A stretch of 63,914 bases of DNA, counting the filler, from Thraustochytrium aureum (lineage: Eukaryota): the NCBI GenBank assembly GCA_012862495.1. It is 6 parts of one record of this genome, joined end to end, with 100 filler letters (N's around TTAATTAATTAA, not from the genome) between each part and the next. Parts side by side here need not be neighbours in the genome. Positions count along the whole stretch, not along the records: positions 23,264 to 31,615 come from BLSG01000216.1; positions 31,716 to 38,522 come from BLSG01000216.1; 4 more parts are not named here. One strand, written 5' to 3'. The notes beneath the pieces are model-generated. The model was given only the letters and a program-made list of their open reading frames with translations. It had not been told where the DNA came from and did not search any database. Shown here one piece after another: positions 23,264 to 35,964 of this stretch. The position numbers and the translations under genes are program-made. Each line of letters begins with the position of its first letter. The stretch's first letter is position 1.

Positions 23264-26200
23264 GGGAGGCGGGATGGCGCCCGCCTGGCTCCAAGGCGCA
23301 GATGATGATGACGTTCGGCAGCAAGACGGTGGTGGCGCGCGTGCTTGGGATGCACGGGCTCACGCCGTCCGTGGCCCTCATTGAGGATATGATGGATTGA
23401 TCGAGGAGACCCACGGCGCGCTGACGCAGCAAGACGCCCAGCTGTTTCCCCACAAGTTCCCATTGGTGCGCGTGGTCGACCTCACGCGCCAATCGCTTCA
23501 AGAGGAGGACCTCGCACAGCTTGCATGCGGCGCATTTCCACGGCTCCGGATCCTTAAACTGAGTGGCAATCGAATCCATGGCCTGCGCAGCCTTCACACG
23601 CTGCATAATCTGCTCATGATCGACCTCTCCCGCAACGGGCTGCGCACGCTGCCCCGGGGAGAGATGCTGTGGGTCTCGCTGGAGCGGCTGCAAGTTCTTC
23701 TGCTCCACGACAACGCCTTGGAGGACTCGGCGTCCCTTCTTGGGCTGTCCTGTAAGTCAGTCTTGCAGCACGAATACGCACCGAGCCAACTCTTTCGCAC
23801 ACTAACACGATCCCCTTCGACGCTGCCTCGCTCCGCAAACCGTATCTGCAGCGTGCGCAAGCCTTGTGCACTTGACACTGCGTGGCAACCCCCTCGCAAA
23901 GGGCGAGCGGTATCGTCGGCTAGTGCTCGAACGCGTTCCCCAACTCGTCGCCCTGGACGACTTTGTTGTGGCAGACTCGGAGCAGCACGAGTGCAGCCAG
24001 TGCCCTCGCGCGGCGAGCGGGGGAAACTGGATGGCGCGATTTGCGACTGCAGCAAAAGTAGACCGACTCAATCTAGCTGCGCACAGTCGCATGTCCTCGA
24101 GCTCTGCGAAAGAGGCTTCCTACGGGAGGTTTTACGCAGATACCTGCGCCACGCTCAAGCCTATGCCTCAGCCTGGCGATCGCGCGGGACTGGTGTTGTT
24201 CGAGCTTGCCGTCCACGTCCGCGCGTTGACCTTGACCCGGCGCGAGACTTCTGCGGCTATTTCTATTCAGCGAGTGGTGCGCGGGGGCATCACACGTTGG
24301 GTTGTGCAACGAGAGCACGCCCGCCGAATCCGGCTGGCCGTCAAGCTCCAGTGCATCGTCCGTGGTTGGCACTTGCGCTCTGAACTCAAGCGACAGGAAA
24401 TCGAGCTGCTCACGGAGGTTGCGCCAGCGCTCTTGGCCGACTTTGATCTGGAGCAAGCTCGGCGAGGCCGCATGGTCAAAAGCGCAAACGAGACAGACCG
24501 CGCCGCCCGGCTCATCCAGCGGGTGTGGATTCAAAAGCACCTCAAGTTTCACCAGACGCTCGCGGCAGTTTGTATTCAAAATTTTGCGCGCGGGGTGGCA
24601 AGGGCCACCCGAGAGAGCGTCGCCGAGCTCAAGCAAGCTGGCTTTGCGTCGGGGGCGGCCGTCTATCTCGTCCCGAATCCGGCCGTCGACATGCGCGCAC
24701 TTCGGTCGCTGGTTGATTTCGCTGTTACCCGTGCTCTGCAGATCGAGCAGAAGCTGCCCAAGGGCAACGCGCACGACACGCGGGAGGCCCAGTTGCTCAT
24801 ATCCCACAGCGACGTCGTCGCAGTCACGCGTCCCGGGGCCCACATGGTGTTTAAGCGCTCTGGAGGCGTGTCTGGTGCAGCGCAGAACGAACGAATCACA
24901 AAGCGCAAGTTTGATGCGCTGCGCGAAGCGCTCGACCTCGTGCGGGCCGAGTCCCACCAATTGAACCCTGCCGAGCGCGACAAGAGGTCCAGGGCGATGG
25001 AGTTTCGCATGCAGTCAGCTGCAACCTTGTATTACATGGCCAAATCGCGGCACGAAAGGTTGCGCTCTGCCCTAGCCGAGCCTAGAAATGGGCTGGAAGA
25101 GCGCGCCAACAACATGTGGCCGACCACAATCTCGATTCGCCGCCGTGTGACAGGCGTGGCCTTCCCGCGTCGCTTCAAAGGAATGCGCCTCGATGCGTCT
25201 TGGCCGCGTCTGTTAGAGTCCGACTCGGCAAGCGCCAGCCGGGGTTGGCGAGTGCCGCTCCTCCGCGTGGAGCTGCCAACCGTTGGGGTGGTGGCCTGGG
25301 TCGTCCGGCTCGTGAGGTCGCTGATCTACCGCCCCGAGCTGGCCCGGCGAGTCGGGCTGGCCACGCACGCGCTTTTCAAGATGGACCTGGGCGCCCCGGG
25401 TTCTTGCGTCGCAGTCCTTCCCGCAGCCAAGGTAGACCGCGAGGCGGCTCTCTGCGCATCCAGAGTGCCTGGCGAGCACACGACGCCCGCACGCTAAACG
25501 ATGTCCACGTGCGCCTCGTGGAGCGACGCGCAGCGGTGTGCATCCAGCGCCGGTGGCGAATGGTCGCCTTTTGGGGCCGCATCGACTTTGTCGGGGCGCT
25601 CTCGAAGTACCTCAGTGCGCTGGAGCAGACGCCGGTTCGCAACGAGTACTACGTGACGCCCTCGAGTTCAAGCGCCCGCGGCCCGCCCACCGTTGAGGGT
25701 GGCGACCAAGCTGGCGACGAAACCGGTGCGGGCGAGGAGCACGGTAGTGATGCAGAGCGCGCCCAGAACAATCAACGGTGGCCACCCCAGCTTTCGCAAG
25801 AGAGCGCGCGAGAGCAATCTAGACTGAGCGTGGCCAGTTCTGCGAGCAGCGCCATTGGCGACACAGTGTCAGTGCCGGGTTCGAACAAGCAGGACCACTC
25901 GCTATCAAGCTGCCTTTTCGTTGAGGAGGCGGTGTTGCGCACCGTGCGCAAGCTCAAGGGACGCAAGCTCTTGCGCAAAGCCGAGACGTTGCTCGGAGCG
26001 CAGGAGAACCCGATTTCGAGCGACTGCTGCTTTGACTATTCAAACGCGCTGCGCTTGCCAAACCCCCTCAGCTTTGCCAATCGAAGCCAGTGCATCGCCC
26101 GGCGTCAAGACGTGGGACCGCTTGTTTCGTGGGACGGGGACACTGCGAGCTATTGGATCGCCCCACCTCCCTCGCACTTTACGTCGTTGCGATTCGAGAT

Positions 26201-28043
26201 GTGCGAGCCCCTGGTTCCAAGATGCCGTACAGGANNNNNNNNNNNNNNNNNNNNNNNNNNNNNNNNNNNNNNNNNNNNNNNNNNNNNNNNNNNNNNNNNN
26301 NNNNNNNNNNNNNNNNNNNNNNNNNNNNNNNNNNNNNNNNNNNNNNNNNNNNNNNNNNNNNNNNNNNNNNNNNNNNNNNNNNNNNNNNNNNNNNNNNNNN
26401 NNNNNNNNNNNNNNNNNNNNNNNNNNNNNNNNNNNNNNNNNNNNNNNNNNNNNNNNNNNNNNNNNNNNNNNNNNNNNNNNNNNNNNNNNNNNNNNNNNNN
26501 NNNNNNNNNNNNNNNNNNNNNNNNNNNNNNNNNNNNNNNNNNNNNNNNNNNNNNNNNNNNNNNNNTGGAGGCCAAGCTGCACCGGTTCAACGCGCTCGAG
26601 GTCCCGCGCGGGCGACAGCGGCGCTCAATATTTTCAAAGCCTGCGGAGAGCCGCTCGGGTGGCTTTCGAGTCGGGGCACTGGCCTCGGCACAGGCTGTGG
26701 CGGAGTTTCGCGCCAAGGTGGTCAAGTTTGGCGCTGTTCCACAAATCCTGCACACCGGAGAAAAAGTGACAGAGCTTGGCGCAAGTCCTTCCGCACACCT
26801 GGAGAAGGCGCCATTGGACGGCGCGGCTTCTTCTTGCGAGGTGGCGCTCCTCGTCGCAGGCGAAGAGAGCAGGATCTTTTCGTCAGGGACTGCGACACGA
26901 GCCGAGAACGCTGGCGTTCCAAACGTTACTCGGATCGAGCGGGTCTGGCTCGAGTCGCGTAGGGCTGTGGAGCTCGAGCAAGTTGAGCGCGAAATGGTTG
27001 TTCGGTACTTGGAGTTGCGCAAGGCGCTGGAGAACCCTACGAGGACGCGCGCACAGATTGTGCAGCAGGACCTAGACAGACCCTTGCAGTTCCTCGGCGA
27101 CCTCTCTGCTTGCGACGAGCGCGGTGCGCTCGACGGCCTCCAAGCGCCCGAAGAGGGGCGCGAGCTCGGTACGGAAGCGGCAGGAAATGCGCCACAGGTT
27201 TGGGACCAATCCAACGGCCCGTGCGCGGGCGAAACGCGAGCCGTCAGTGCGGCTCCGTGTGGACTGTCTGGCGGGCCTCCAATCGCGCAGTTGCCTGGCG
27301 GGAGGTTCCGGGAGCGAATCGTGGCTGTTCTACCGCCAAGCGGGTCGCCAAAGCCTGCAAGCACCAGCGCTGGTCGCAGGCGGTGGCTGCAGAGTGTTGT
27401 TGCGAACGACGAGCTGCGCTCGCCCCAACACCCGTCCTCGAGCGACCAAGCGGCTGGCGAAGACGGCGAAGGTGGCGAGGCAGCGAACATCGGCGAGGGT
27501 TTCCAGGACCTGAGCGCCGCAGGACCTCGAAGCGCAGTTGTGACCTTGGGCGATGCGGCGTTCGCGGCGGCCAAGGTGCGGGTCCGAGAGGCTCGCGAGG
27601 CGGCCGTTCGCGCGACGCGCGATCGAGCGCAAGCCGATCGAGCGCGGCGAAAGGCGCTGAAGGAGGAGCGACGCTTCGAGCACGGCTTTGCTACCGCGAC
27701 GAACTCGTTGATGAAGCGCAACCTGGAGGAGACTCGCATCGCAGTGGCCGTGCGTGAAGAGCAAACGTTGCGGTCCACCGTGCGGGCGGGTAGGCACGCG
27801 GATGAGGCACGCCAATCGAATGTGAAGCGCCTCGTGCAGTTCGACTCGCATGTGAAAAGGGAGTCGAACCGCGTGTATCGACTCTTCACTGCGCTGCAGC
27901 TCGACCGCAAGGCGGCACAGCACCAGGCGACTATAGAGAGGCGCCGCCTGTTCGTGAGCCACGAAAAGGGCATCAAGGCCGTGGTTCGAGCGATCCGCGG
28001 TCTCCGCGATGCCGAGGCCGGTTCAGCGGACTTGACAAAGTGA
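23264..28043 (+). CDS. Large LRR + IQ-motif + coiled-coil protein (LRRIQ3-like), with indels and a gap
   Basis: LRILKLSGNRI..LMIDLSRNGL..LQVLLLHDNAL; intron 23752-23851 (GTAAGT, ACTAAC, CAG); LTLRGNPL..YR..V..VPQLVALDD (LRRcap); several IQ motifs (IQRVVRG, LQCIVRG, IQNFARG, IQSAWR, IQRRWR). Shifts near 23397 and 25450. Confidence 0.7.
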
Positions 28044-28304
28044 AACCTTTAGAAGTAGTAGAACGCGCGAACAAGGAGCGAAAACCGAGCGTGCAGCGCC
28101 TTGCCCTGACTTTCCTTTCTGCGCGGAGGGCCCGTGATCGTTGCGCGTGTTGAAGGGACGGAGAGCCCAGTGCACGCACTCATTGCTCAGTTAGGTTCTT
28201 GGCCATGGAATGCGCATGGCAGCCCGCCCGCCAAGGACTCGGGGCGAGCAGAGCGTTCGTCGAGCGAGCGGTTGTGCGCGCGCATCAATCAAGCTCCGAG
28301 CGGG

Positions 28305-29665
28305 TCACATTGGATGGTGCTCGCAGAGGAAGTGGAGGACGGCCATTCGAAAAAAGTCTCGCGTGTCGGGGTCGCCGTCAGCAAAGGTCATGTGATCAGC
28401 CGTCGGATGCGTAACGAGCCTCGAGTTCGGCGCGAGCTTCTTGACGGTCTTCGACTGGCGCCACTGAACAACCGAGTCCCGGCGGCCCCACAGGAAGTAG
28501 ATAATGCGGCCCGAGGCGTCCATCTCGCGCAGCATTTGCTTTGTGCTGCCGCCCTTTCCAGGGGAGCTCCAGCGGCCGCCGCCCTTGAGGCGGGTCAACA
28601 AGAGGCGGAAGCTCGCGCGCAAGGCCGCCTTGTTGTGCCCGCACTCACCAATGTACGAGATGATAAAGTAGCTCAGTATCTCCCTGAAAAAGGGGATGCG
28701 CAGCGCAACCTGCAGACTGGGCCGCAGAGGGGCCTCTACGATATGGGGCGCCTGCAGGATGAGCCGCTTCACCAGGTTGCCGTATCGGTAGGCGAACTGG
28801 AGCGCCACGCTGCCGCCCATGCTAAAGCCGATGAGGTCGAAGGGCTCGGAGATGCCAAAGATGAGGCACAGCTCTGCGAGCTGCTCGACGAAGAGCTCGC
28901 TCGAGTAGGAGGTGTCCGGCCCGTCGGAGTGCCCGTATCCGTACAAGTCGACTGCCAGCACGCAGAACCCGTTTCGGTTCAGCCACGACGCGTAGCCCGC
29001 GCGCGAGTCGCTCACGAACGCGTCGTTCGACCCCGCAAACCCGTGCACGATGACAACGAGCTCGCCGTGGATCTGGCCGTACTTGAGCTCCTGGCCAGAC
29101 ACGCGAGCGGGGTCGACAGCGGCGGGTTGCTCGCCGCCGTCGTCCGGGCCGACCGCGGCGCTGAGCAGCGGAATTCCGAACGACCCGCTGTCAGCGTGGT
29201 GCTCGAGCGTGGAAGTGCTGCTGAACGATGTCGCGGTGGAGGCGCGGCCTGGCAGGGGGGGCGCAAAGCTTGCGGCCTGCTGGGCCGCTTCGGCGGGCGC
29301 TGAAGCCGACCTGTCCAAAAACACATAGTGCACGAACCCGCGCGAGGTCTGCACGAAAANNNNNNNNNNNNNNNNNNNNNNNNNNNNNNNNNNNNNNNNN
29401 NNNNNNNNNNNNNNNNNNNNNNNNNNNNNNNNNNNNNNNNNNNNNNNNNNNNNNNNNNNNNNNNNNNNNNNNNNNNNNNNNNNNNNNNNNNNNNNNNNNN
29501 NNNNNNNNNNNNNNNNNNNNNNNNNNNNNNNNNNNNNNNNNNNNNNNNNNNNNNNNNNNNNNNNNNNNNNNNNNNNNNNNNNNNNNNNNNNNNNNNNNNN
29601 NNNNNNNNNNNNNNNNNNNNNNNNNNNNNGACCAAATCATGCGTGGTCACCTTGCCCGGCTCCAT
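28305..29665 (-). CDS. Alpha/beta-fold hydrolase (spans gap 29360-29629)
   Basis: VVIVHGF, GFCVLAVDLYGYGHSDGP, LIGFSMGG nucleophile elbow, LWGRRDSVV, ADH catalytic His. Confidence 0.85.
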
Positions 29666-30592
29666 GGCCCTCGCCGCCAGGGCCTCGCCGTCTGGCCCCG
29701 GCCCCGCGGGCGGGCCCGCCAACGGTCAGAACGACGGCGGGGTCGAGAGCTCTCGGTCGCTCCCGAGCGGCGCGAGGCGTCGACGACCAGTGGGAGCCGG
29801 CCAGTCTTTCACTGCAACCGGGCTCGATCCGCTCGCGCCTTGCTCCTGATTTCCCCGCAGGCCGCCGTCCTGGGGACTCGCTAGGTCGCAGCCGCTCGCT
29901 CAGCTTCGCTTGCACGGGCTCGAGTCACAATTGATCTTTGTGAGCCGCGAGCGCTGGACAGACAGAGGCCGGCCAGGGGCGCTGGAGGGGACACAGGCCG
30001 GCCGGCCGGCGGCCGGCGCCACTTCTGCTCGGCATCACTGCGTGGCGAAAGTGTAGCTACCTACCGAAGGTGGCGTCGGTCGTGGCGTGTGGCTCGAGAG
30101 CCGCCGCCGCCGAGTCGTGAACGCAATTTGCATTCCGTTTTCCGAATCTCTCGAAGGCGGTCGGAGCTTGGTCGCCTCCTTCGAGTTCGTCGGAGGCGCA
30201 AGCAACGCGCGCAACGCCCTCGCCAGCGGGGCGTACCGGTAGGTGGTAGTCTCGCGGGCACTCCCCCTGCCGGAGCGCTGCTGCGCGTTACGGCGGAGTG
30301 ATTTCCCGGGCCACCGCCACGTCGGGCAGAGCTACCTACCTACGGTTAGAACTGTTGGTTGGAAGCGCTCGCTCGCGATCAAACCAATCAATCACACGCC
30401 GGCCGGCAGCCAATCAAGTCGGGCTTGCGCTCGTCGGCGACGCTGCGTCACTCCGCAGCGCCCCGGGCGAGCCATTCCGTCGGCGACACGCCCCGTGCCG
30501 GCGCGTTCGCGGCGCGTTTGGGTGGTTGCCACTCGCTCTCCACGACACTTGAGTCGTCATCGGTGGCACAAAGTAGTAGAGAGAGTAAAGTA

Positions 30593-30686
30593 CTCACCCA
30601 CTCACTCACCCACTCACCCACTCACCCACTCACTAACTCTCCCTATCTCTCCCACACACGCACTGACTCGCTCTCACTCACTCACC
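30593..30686. repeat. Degenerate (CACT/CACC)n microsatellite
   Basis: ctcacccactcactcacccactcacccactcacccactcact...ctcactcactcacc. Confidence 0.8.
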
Positions 30687-31514
30687 GCCTGCGCGGGTTT
30701 GTGACAGGCAGGTCTCTGAGAAATCCTCCGGGCTCGCAGCAGGGGTGTGTGAGGGCGTCGCGCGTCCTCCTCAGCGCGTTCCGTCCACCCCTGCGCGTCC
30801 TGCTCACAAGTACCCGGCGCCGAGACGCTCAAGTTCTCGTGCTCTGAGGGGGGCAGGTGTGAGGCGGCCGCAGAGAGACGTTGCCGGCAGGGGCACGGGG
30901 ACAAAAAAGCCCGACTCGTTCGTTTGCCCTCCTTGCGAGCAAGCGCTTGTGCGTTGGGCGCACGCACGCCCTGCTTGTGAGGCGCGGCGCCGTTCGCCTC
31001 AGTGTGCGCCGGCGCGGTTCGAGTGAGTCTTGAGCAAGTATCGGTTGGGCCAATCTACCCCGAGAGCGGCGCTAACTCGCCGAACGGTCAAAGGCGTTGC
31101 CGTTCCCCCTCCCAGCGGCCGCCGATCCGCTCTGAGAGGGGCCAACCCGCCTCCCAAGCTCCGCCCGCCCACTGGGCCGAGAGGGCCACCACAAAACGCG
31201 CTTCCAAGTCACAAACGCGGCCACCGGGCCCGCCCGCCCTCCTCGCGCCATGGGAGGCGCGCCTGCGATTCTCGCCGCCCTCCCTACCGGCCTCGGAGGC
31301 GCGCGGGAGAAACGCGGCTTGGCGCGGGGCGGTTCTGGGTGGGGCCGAGTCGGTCCTCCCCTCTCGGCCCCAGAGGGCACGCCGCGGTCGCCTCTCGCAA
31401 CGGGCGCCCCTCCCTGCTACGCGTGAGAGACGAGCGCGTCCGTTCTTCCGCGTTTCTGCTCGCAACGTTTCGATTTCCGTTCGCTTTTTGGCATCCGGTG
31501 ACCGCGGCGACAGT

Positions 31515-31615
31515 GAGGAGGGAAAGAAGGAGCAGGGAGGGACTCGGAGGGAGGGAGGGAGGGAGAGGAGGGAAAGAGGGAGAAGGAGGCGAGGGGAGGG
31601 GGAGGAGGGGAGGGA
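31515..31615. repeat. Purine-rich (GGA/GAGG) low-complexity tract at scaffold end
   Basis: About 100 bp almost exclusively G/A on the + strand. Confidence 0.8.
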
Positions 31616-31659
31616 NNNNNNNNNNNNNNNNNNNNNNNNNNNNNNNNNNNNNNNNNNNN

Positions 31660-31671
31660 TTAATTAATTAA
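31660..31671. other. Artificial scaffold spacer
   Basis: N44-TTAATTAATTAA-N44. Confidence 0.95.
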
Positions 31672-31715
31672 NNNNNNNNNNNNNNNNNNNNNNNNNNNNN
31701 NNNNNNNNNNNNNNN

Positions 31716-34003
31716 CGTCATCCAGGAGATGAAGATCCTCCAGAGCCTGGACCACCCCAACATCATCAAGTTTTACGCCTCGTGGCTCAACAAGGAAGCA
31801 GAGACTGTGGTCTTCATCACGGAGCTCATCTCGAGCGGGACGTTGAAGGAGTTTACCGAGTCTCGCCCGGTGCGGATGTGCATCCTCAAGCGCTGGTGCA
31901 AGGATGTCCTCAAGGCCCTCCGGTACCTGCACGGCCACTCGCCCCCGATCATCCACCGAGACCTCAAGCCGGACAACATCTTCATCAACGGCTGTAGCGG
32001 CGACATCCGCATCGGAGACCTTGGCATGGCGTCGTGGAACCGCAACTCGGACCGGAAGCAGAGCGTGCTGGGGACCCCAGAGTACATGGCCCCCGAGCTG
32101 TACGACGAAGACTACGACGAGCAGGTCGACATTTACTCGTTTGGAATGTGCGTGCTCGAAATCGTCACAGGCAAGTCGCCCTACTCGGAATGCGCGACGG
32201 CCGCGCAAGTGTTCCGCAAGGTCTCGTCAGGCGTGCCTCCGAACGCCCTCGCGCTCCTTGTCCCGGGCTCCCCCGTGGAGGTCTTTATCCGCAAGTGCAT
32301 CGACCTGCCATCGCCCGGGCAGCGCCGCCCCTCAGCGATCCAGTTGTATGGCGACGAGTTCCTCCAGCCCAGCGATTCGGATGACAAGCTCTGCTCAGAG
32401 GTGCTCTTGCAGGCGGACTCTGCCTCCTGTCCCGCCTCGCCGCTCGAGGCGGCTGCTTCGGTCTCGGTCTACGCAGACCGNTAGCTCGTTCGGCTCGCCG
32501 CTGCTGTTGCCGGCTCGCGCCGAGTCGCTCCCGCCTGTGGCCCCGCTGGGCGCGAGTTTCGCCAGCCCCGATGCGGACGCATTGTCCGTCAGCCGCTCCG
32601 AGTCGCTACCGCTCCCCGCCCCCGCCGCGCCCTGCAGCAACGAAGCGCTGCCAGACGCGGAGTACTTTTCCGACGATGGCCGCGCCACAACGACGGGCGA
32701 GGCATGTTCCAAGGCCGACCTGGAGCTCGTGTCAGCGCTCAGGGCAGCTGCAGGGCACTCTGCGCCCTTCGGCATGAATGGCCGATCGGACTCGCCGAGC
32801 TCAGGTTCGGCCGGGCCGGTCTCTGACTTTAGGAGCCTCGCTTCCAGCTCCGAGGACTGCTCGCTGCAAAACGGTGCAGACCAACGCCAGCTGCGAGGTT
32901 CGCCGCCGTCGCCTGTGCCATCAGAGAGGGCATCGTCGCACGAGCCGCAGGGCTCGGAGCGGGCATCGGACTCGGATACGGACACGAACTGGGTCTGCTC
33001 TGCGCGCCCCGCGGCCAGCGGGCAAGGCCTGCTCGAGGTCGACCTCACCGTCCACCAACCGAGGAACAAGGTGAAGATCTGCTTTCAGTTTGACATTTAC
33101 GAGGACTCTGCCGCGGAGACGATGCAAGAGATGGTCAAAGAGGGCGCGCTTCCGACGGGCCTTCCGGCTGAGGACCTTGCGGCGATCTGCGCCCAGCTCG
33201 AGCTCTTCAAGACGACCTTTGCGACGCCGAGCCAGGGGCGCGCTAGGCGGCGTTCGATCAGCAATCTCTCGCTGGCGTCGCTTTCCAGCTTGACCTCTTG
33301 CGCAAGCGGCACGCAGGCCCAGTCGCAGGCGGTTGCGCCTGCGCCGCAGGCCGCCGCACAAGCGGGTCAACCTACGCAGCAGCCGCCAGCACCAATACAG
33401 GGCGGCAGCTCACAGAGCTCGGGTATGCTAGGCCCCGAGCGCCGCGCGTCGGGCGGGCGCCCACCGCTTCCTAGCAGTGCGAGCAACTCGTCCATTGCGA
33501 GCGCCAAGTCGGCCAGCCTGGCCGACATGGACAAGCAAAGAAAGAAGGAGGAGCAAGAGAGCGAAATCCGCGACCTCGAGGCGCGAATTCTGCTAGAGAG
33601 CTGCGAGGCCCCGAGCGCCAAAGTCGCCTTGAACGGCGGTGCGCCGCTGCAACGCGCCAGCCTGCATGCTGGCTCGCAAGCCGCTTTCATGTCCTCGGAG
33701 GACAGCTCGATGCCAGTCGTTCCACCTCGGGCATCAACCCCTGCGGCGCTTTCGAGCTCATCGTGGATCCCCGCGCAGGTTGGGCCTCCGCGAACTCTGA
33801 CGCCCGTTCCCCTCACGAGTGCGTCCTGGAATCCTCCAACCCCGCAGCCGGCTTTCGTTCCGCTGCCCGTCTCTGCAGACGACCTCAAGGTTTCCTGGCC
33901 GTCACACATGCAGACTTGCGGAACTGGGCACGCCGTGGCCGCCCAAAAGCGGCACACGATCTCGTGCTACTCTTCGCTGTCCAAGGGCGGGACGTCATCG
34001 TAG
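31716..34003 (+). CDS. WNK: WNK-family protein kinase, 5'-truncated; frame change near the ambiguous base at 32481
   Basis: LDHPNIIKFYASW, VFITEL.SSGTLK, PPIIHRDLKPDNIFING..GDIRIGDLG, SVLGTPEYMAPELYDEDYDEQVDIYSFGMCVLE..PYSEC; downstream ICFQFDIYEDSAAETMQEMV resembles a CCT-like domain. Confidence 0.9.
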
Positions 34004-34261
34004 TCTTGGCTTTAGTTTTCAGCGCGATTTAGGGCAGGGCGCGGGCGAACGGGCGGCCGGAGCAGACCTCATAGATAGGAAAATGTGTGGTTTTTTTGTA
34101 GAATGTCGACTGCGCTCCGAGCGCTCGCGTCGCGCGGCCATTGGCGAGCAGTAAGCAAGCAAGCCTTTGCGCGTCCTCTTCCAGCGGTTTTGCGGTTCGC
34201 TCGAGCAAACGCCAACCGCCAGCACCGTGGACAGCAATTGAGTCTCTTGCGCGCTGCCCGT

Positions 34262-34975
34262 TCAAGCTCTACGCAACGGCGGTGACTGAGGCGAGCGCGG
34301 AGACCGCGCGGCCCACCGCTCGCGCGCCCCAACGCCGTCAGAAACGGCAGGACTTTGTATCCGCGGCGACCCCGACCCGCTTGGGGAACCGTCTGGGCGC
34401 TGTCGCTTGCGAGCAAATCGGGCGCGTGGTGCCGGCCTGAGCACGCAGCGCTGGTTCACAGAGCCGTCCATGTCAAACTCCACGCCCTCGGAGCGCAGTC
34501 GTGAGCGGCACTTTGCAAACTCGGCCGGCTCGCTCGTGTCCAGCGCTTGCGTGGACGACACGATGCGATAGTATGGGCACGCGGAACCGCCGTCGGCGTG
34601 GTCCTCGCGAGCTCTACCAGAGCGCACCGCGCGCGCAACAATGCGGGGATCCGACCCGATCTCGTTCGCGATGAAGCCGAACGTGGCCACCTTGCCGCGC
34701 GGCACGGCTCGCACAGCCCTTTCGAGCGCCACCCTGAACGCGGAGGGCGGCGAGTTGCCCGGCGAGGCCGCCAGTGCCACACCCCTTCGCGGGCTCCCGC
34801 TCCGTTTCTTCTTCTTGCTGCCTCCGCCCTGCCGCCGTCGCTCCCCGCCTCTCCGTCGCTCCAATCCCGCCGCCGGCGTGGTGCCGCCAATCCCTCCGCC
34901 GGCCTCTGCCCGCCCCGAAAAGTACTTGCTCTGCGCAGCGCATCGCGGGCTCATCGCCGCCCCTTCGCCGTCCAT
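34262..34975 (-). CDS. Alkyltransferase-like (ATL/MGMT DNA-binding domain) protein
   Basis: F...ERAVRAVPRGKVATFGFIA..IGS.PR.VARAV, PYYRIVSS, RSRLRSEGVEF; basic NLS-like KKKKR upstream. Start codon uncertain. Confidence 0.78.
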   Translation of the reverse strand: MDGEGAAMSPRCAAQSKYFSGRAEAGGGIGGTTPAAGLERRRGGERRRQGGGSKKKKRSGSPRRGVALAASPGNSPPSAFRVALERAVRAVPRGKVATFGFIANEIGSDPRIVARAVRSGRAREDHADGGSACPYYRIVSSTQALDTSEPAEFAKCRSRLRSEGVEFDMDGSVNQRCVLRPAPRARFARKRQRPDGSPSGSGSPRIQSPAVSDGVGARERWAARSPRSPQSPPLRRA

Positions 34976-35184
34976 CCTCGCGCTCGCGTCGCGGCCCCTC
35001 GCTCCCGCACCCTGTCTCTCCGCGGTCGCACGCACTTCCGCACAGGCTTCGAACGCGCTCTGCTGGTGCACGCGCCTCGCCTCCTCTTCGCGCGTTCGCG
35101 GTCGCGATCCTGTCGGGCGCCTGCTCCTGCTCCTGCAGTTCCGCCAGATCCCCAACACGCAGGAGCAGAAGGAGTAGCAGGAGG

Positions 35185-35419
35185 GCAGCGGTCGTGGTGG
35201 TCGCTGTCGATGTCGTGGTGGTGCTGCTGCTGGTTGTGGTCGTGCTCGAGGTCGATGTTGTTGTTGTTGTTGTTCTTGTGGTGGTGGTGGTCGTGGTCGA
35301 TGTTGTTGTTGTTGTTGTTGTTGTTGCGGTGGTGGGCGAGGCCGTGCTCGTGCTCGGCGTGGTGGCCGATGATGGTGTTGAGGTGGTGGTCGTGGTGGCC
35401 GTCGTGTGATCGTTGAGCT
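35185..35419. repeat. (CAC/AAC/GAC)n trinucleotide low-complexity tract, probably coding
   Basis: Minus strand reads as His/Asp/Asn-rich, Thr-rich or Pro/Gln-rich depending on frame; abuts gap 35420-35964. Confidence 0.75.
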
Positions 35420-35964
35420 NNNNNNNNNNNNNNNNNNNNNNNNNNNNNNNNNNNNNNNNNNNNNNNNNNNNNNNNNNNNNNNNNNNNNNNNNNNNNNNNN
35501 NNNNNNNNNNNNNNNNNNNNNNNNNNNNNNNNNNNNNNNNNNNNNNNNNNNNNNNNNNNNNNNNNNNNNNNNNNNNNNNNNNNNNNNNNNNNNNNNNNNN
35601 NNNNNNNNNNNNNNNNNNNNNNNNNNNNNNNNNNNNNNNNNNNNNNNNNNNNNNNNNNNNNNNNNNNNNNNNNNNNNNNNNNNNNNNNNNNNNNNNNNNN
35701 NNNNNNNNNNNNNNNNNNNNNNNNNNNNNNNNNNNNNNNNNNNNNNNNNNNNNNNNNNNNNNNNNNNNNNNNNNNNNNNNNNNNNNNNNNNNNNNNNNNN
35801 NNNNNNNNNNNNNNNNNNNNNNNNNNNNNNNNNNNNNNNNNNNNNNNNNNNNNNNNNNNNNNNNNNNNNNNNNNNNNNNNNNNNNNNNNNNNNNNNNNNN
35901 NNNNNNNNNNNNNNNNNNNNNNNNNNNNNNNNNNNNNNNNNNNNNNNNNNNNNNNNNNNNNNNN

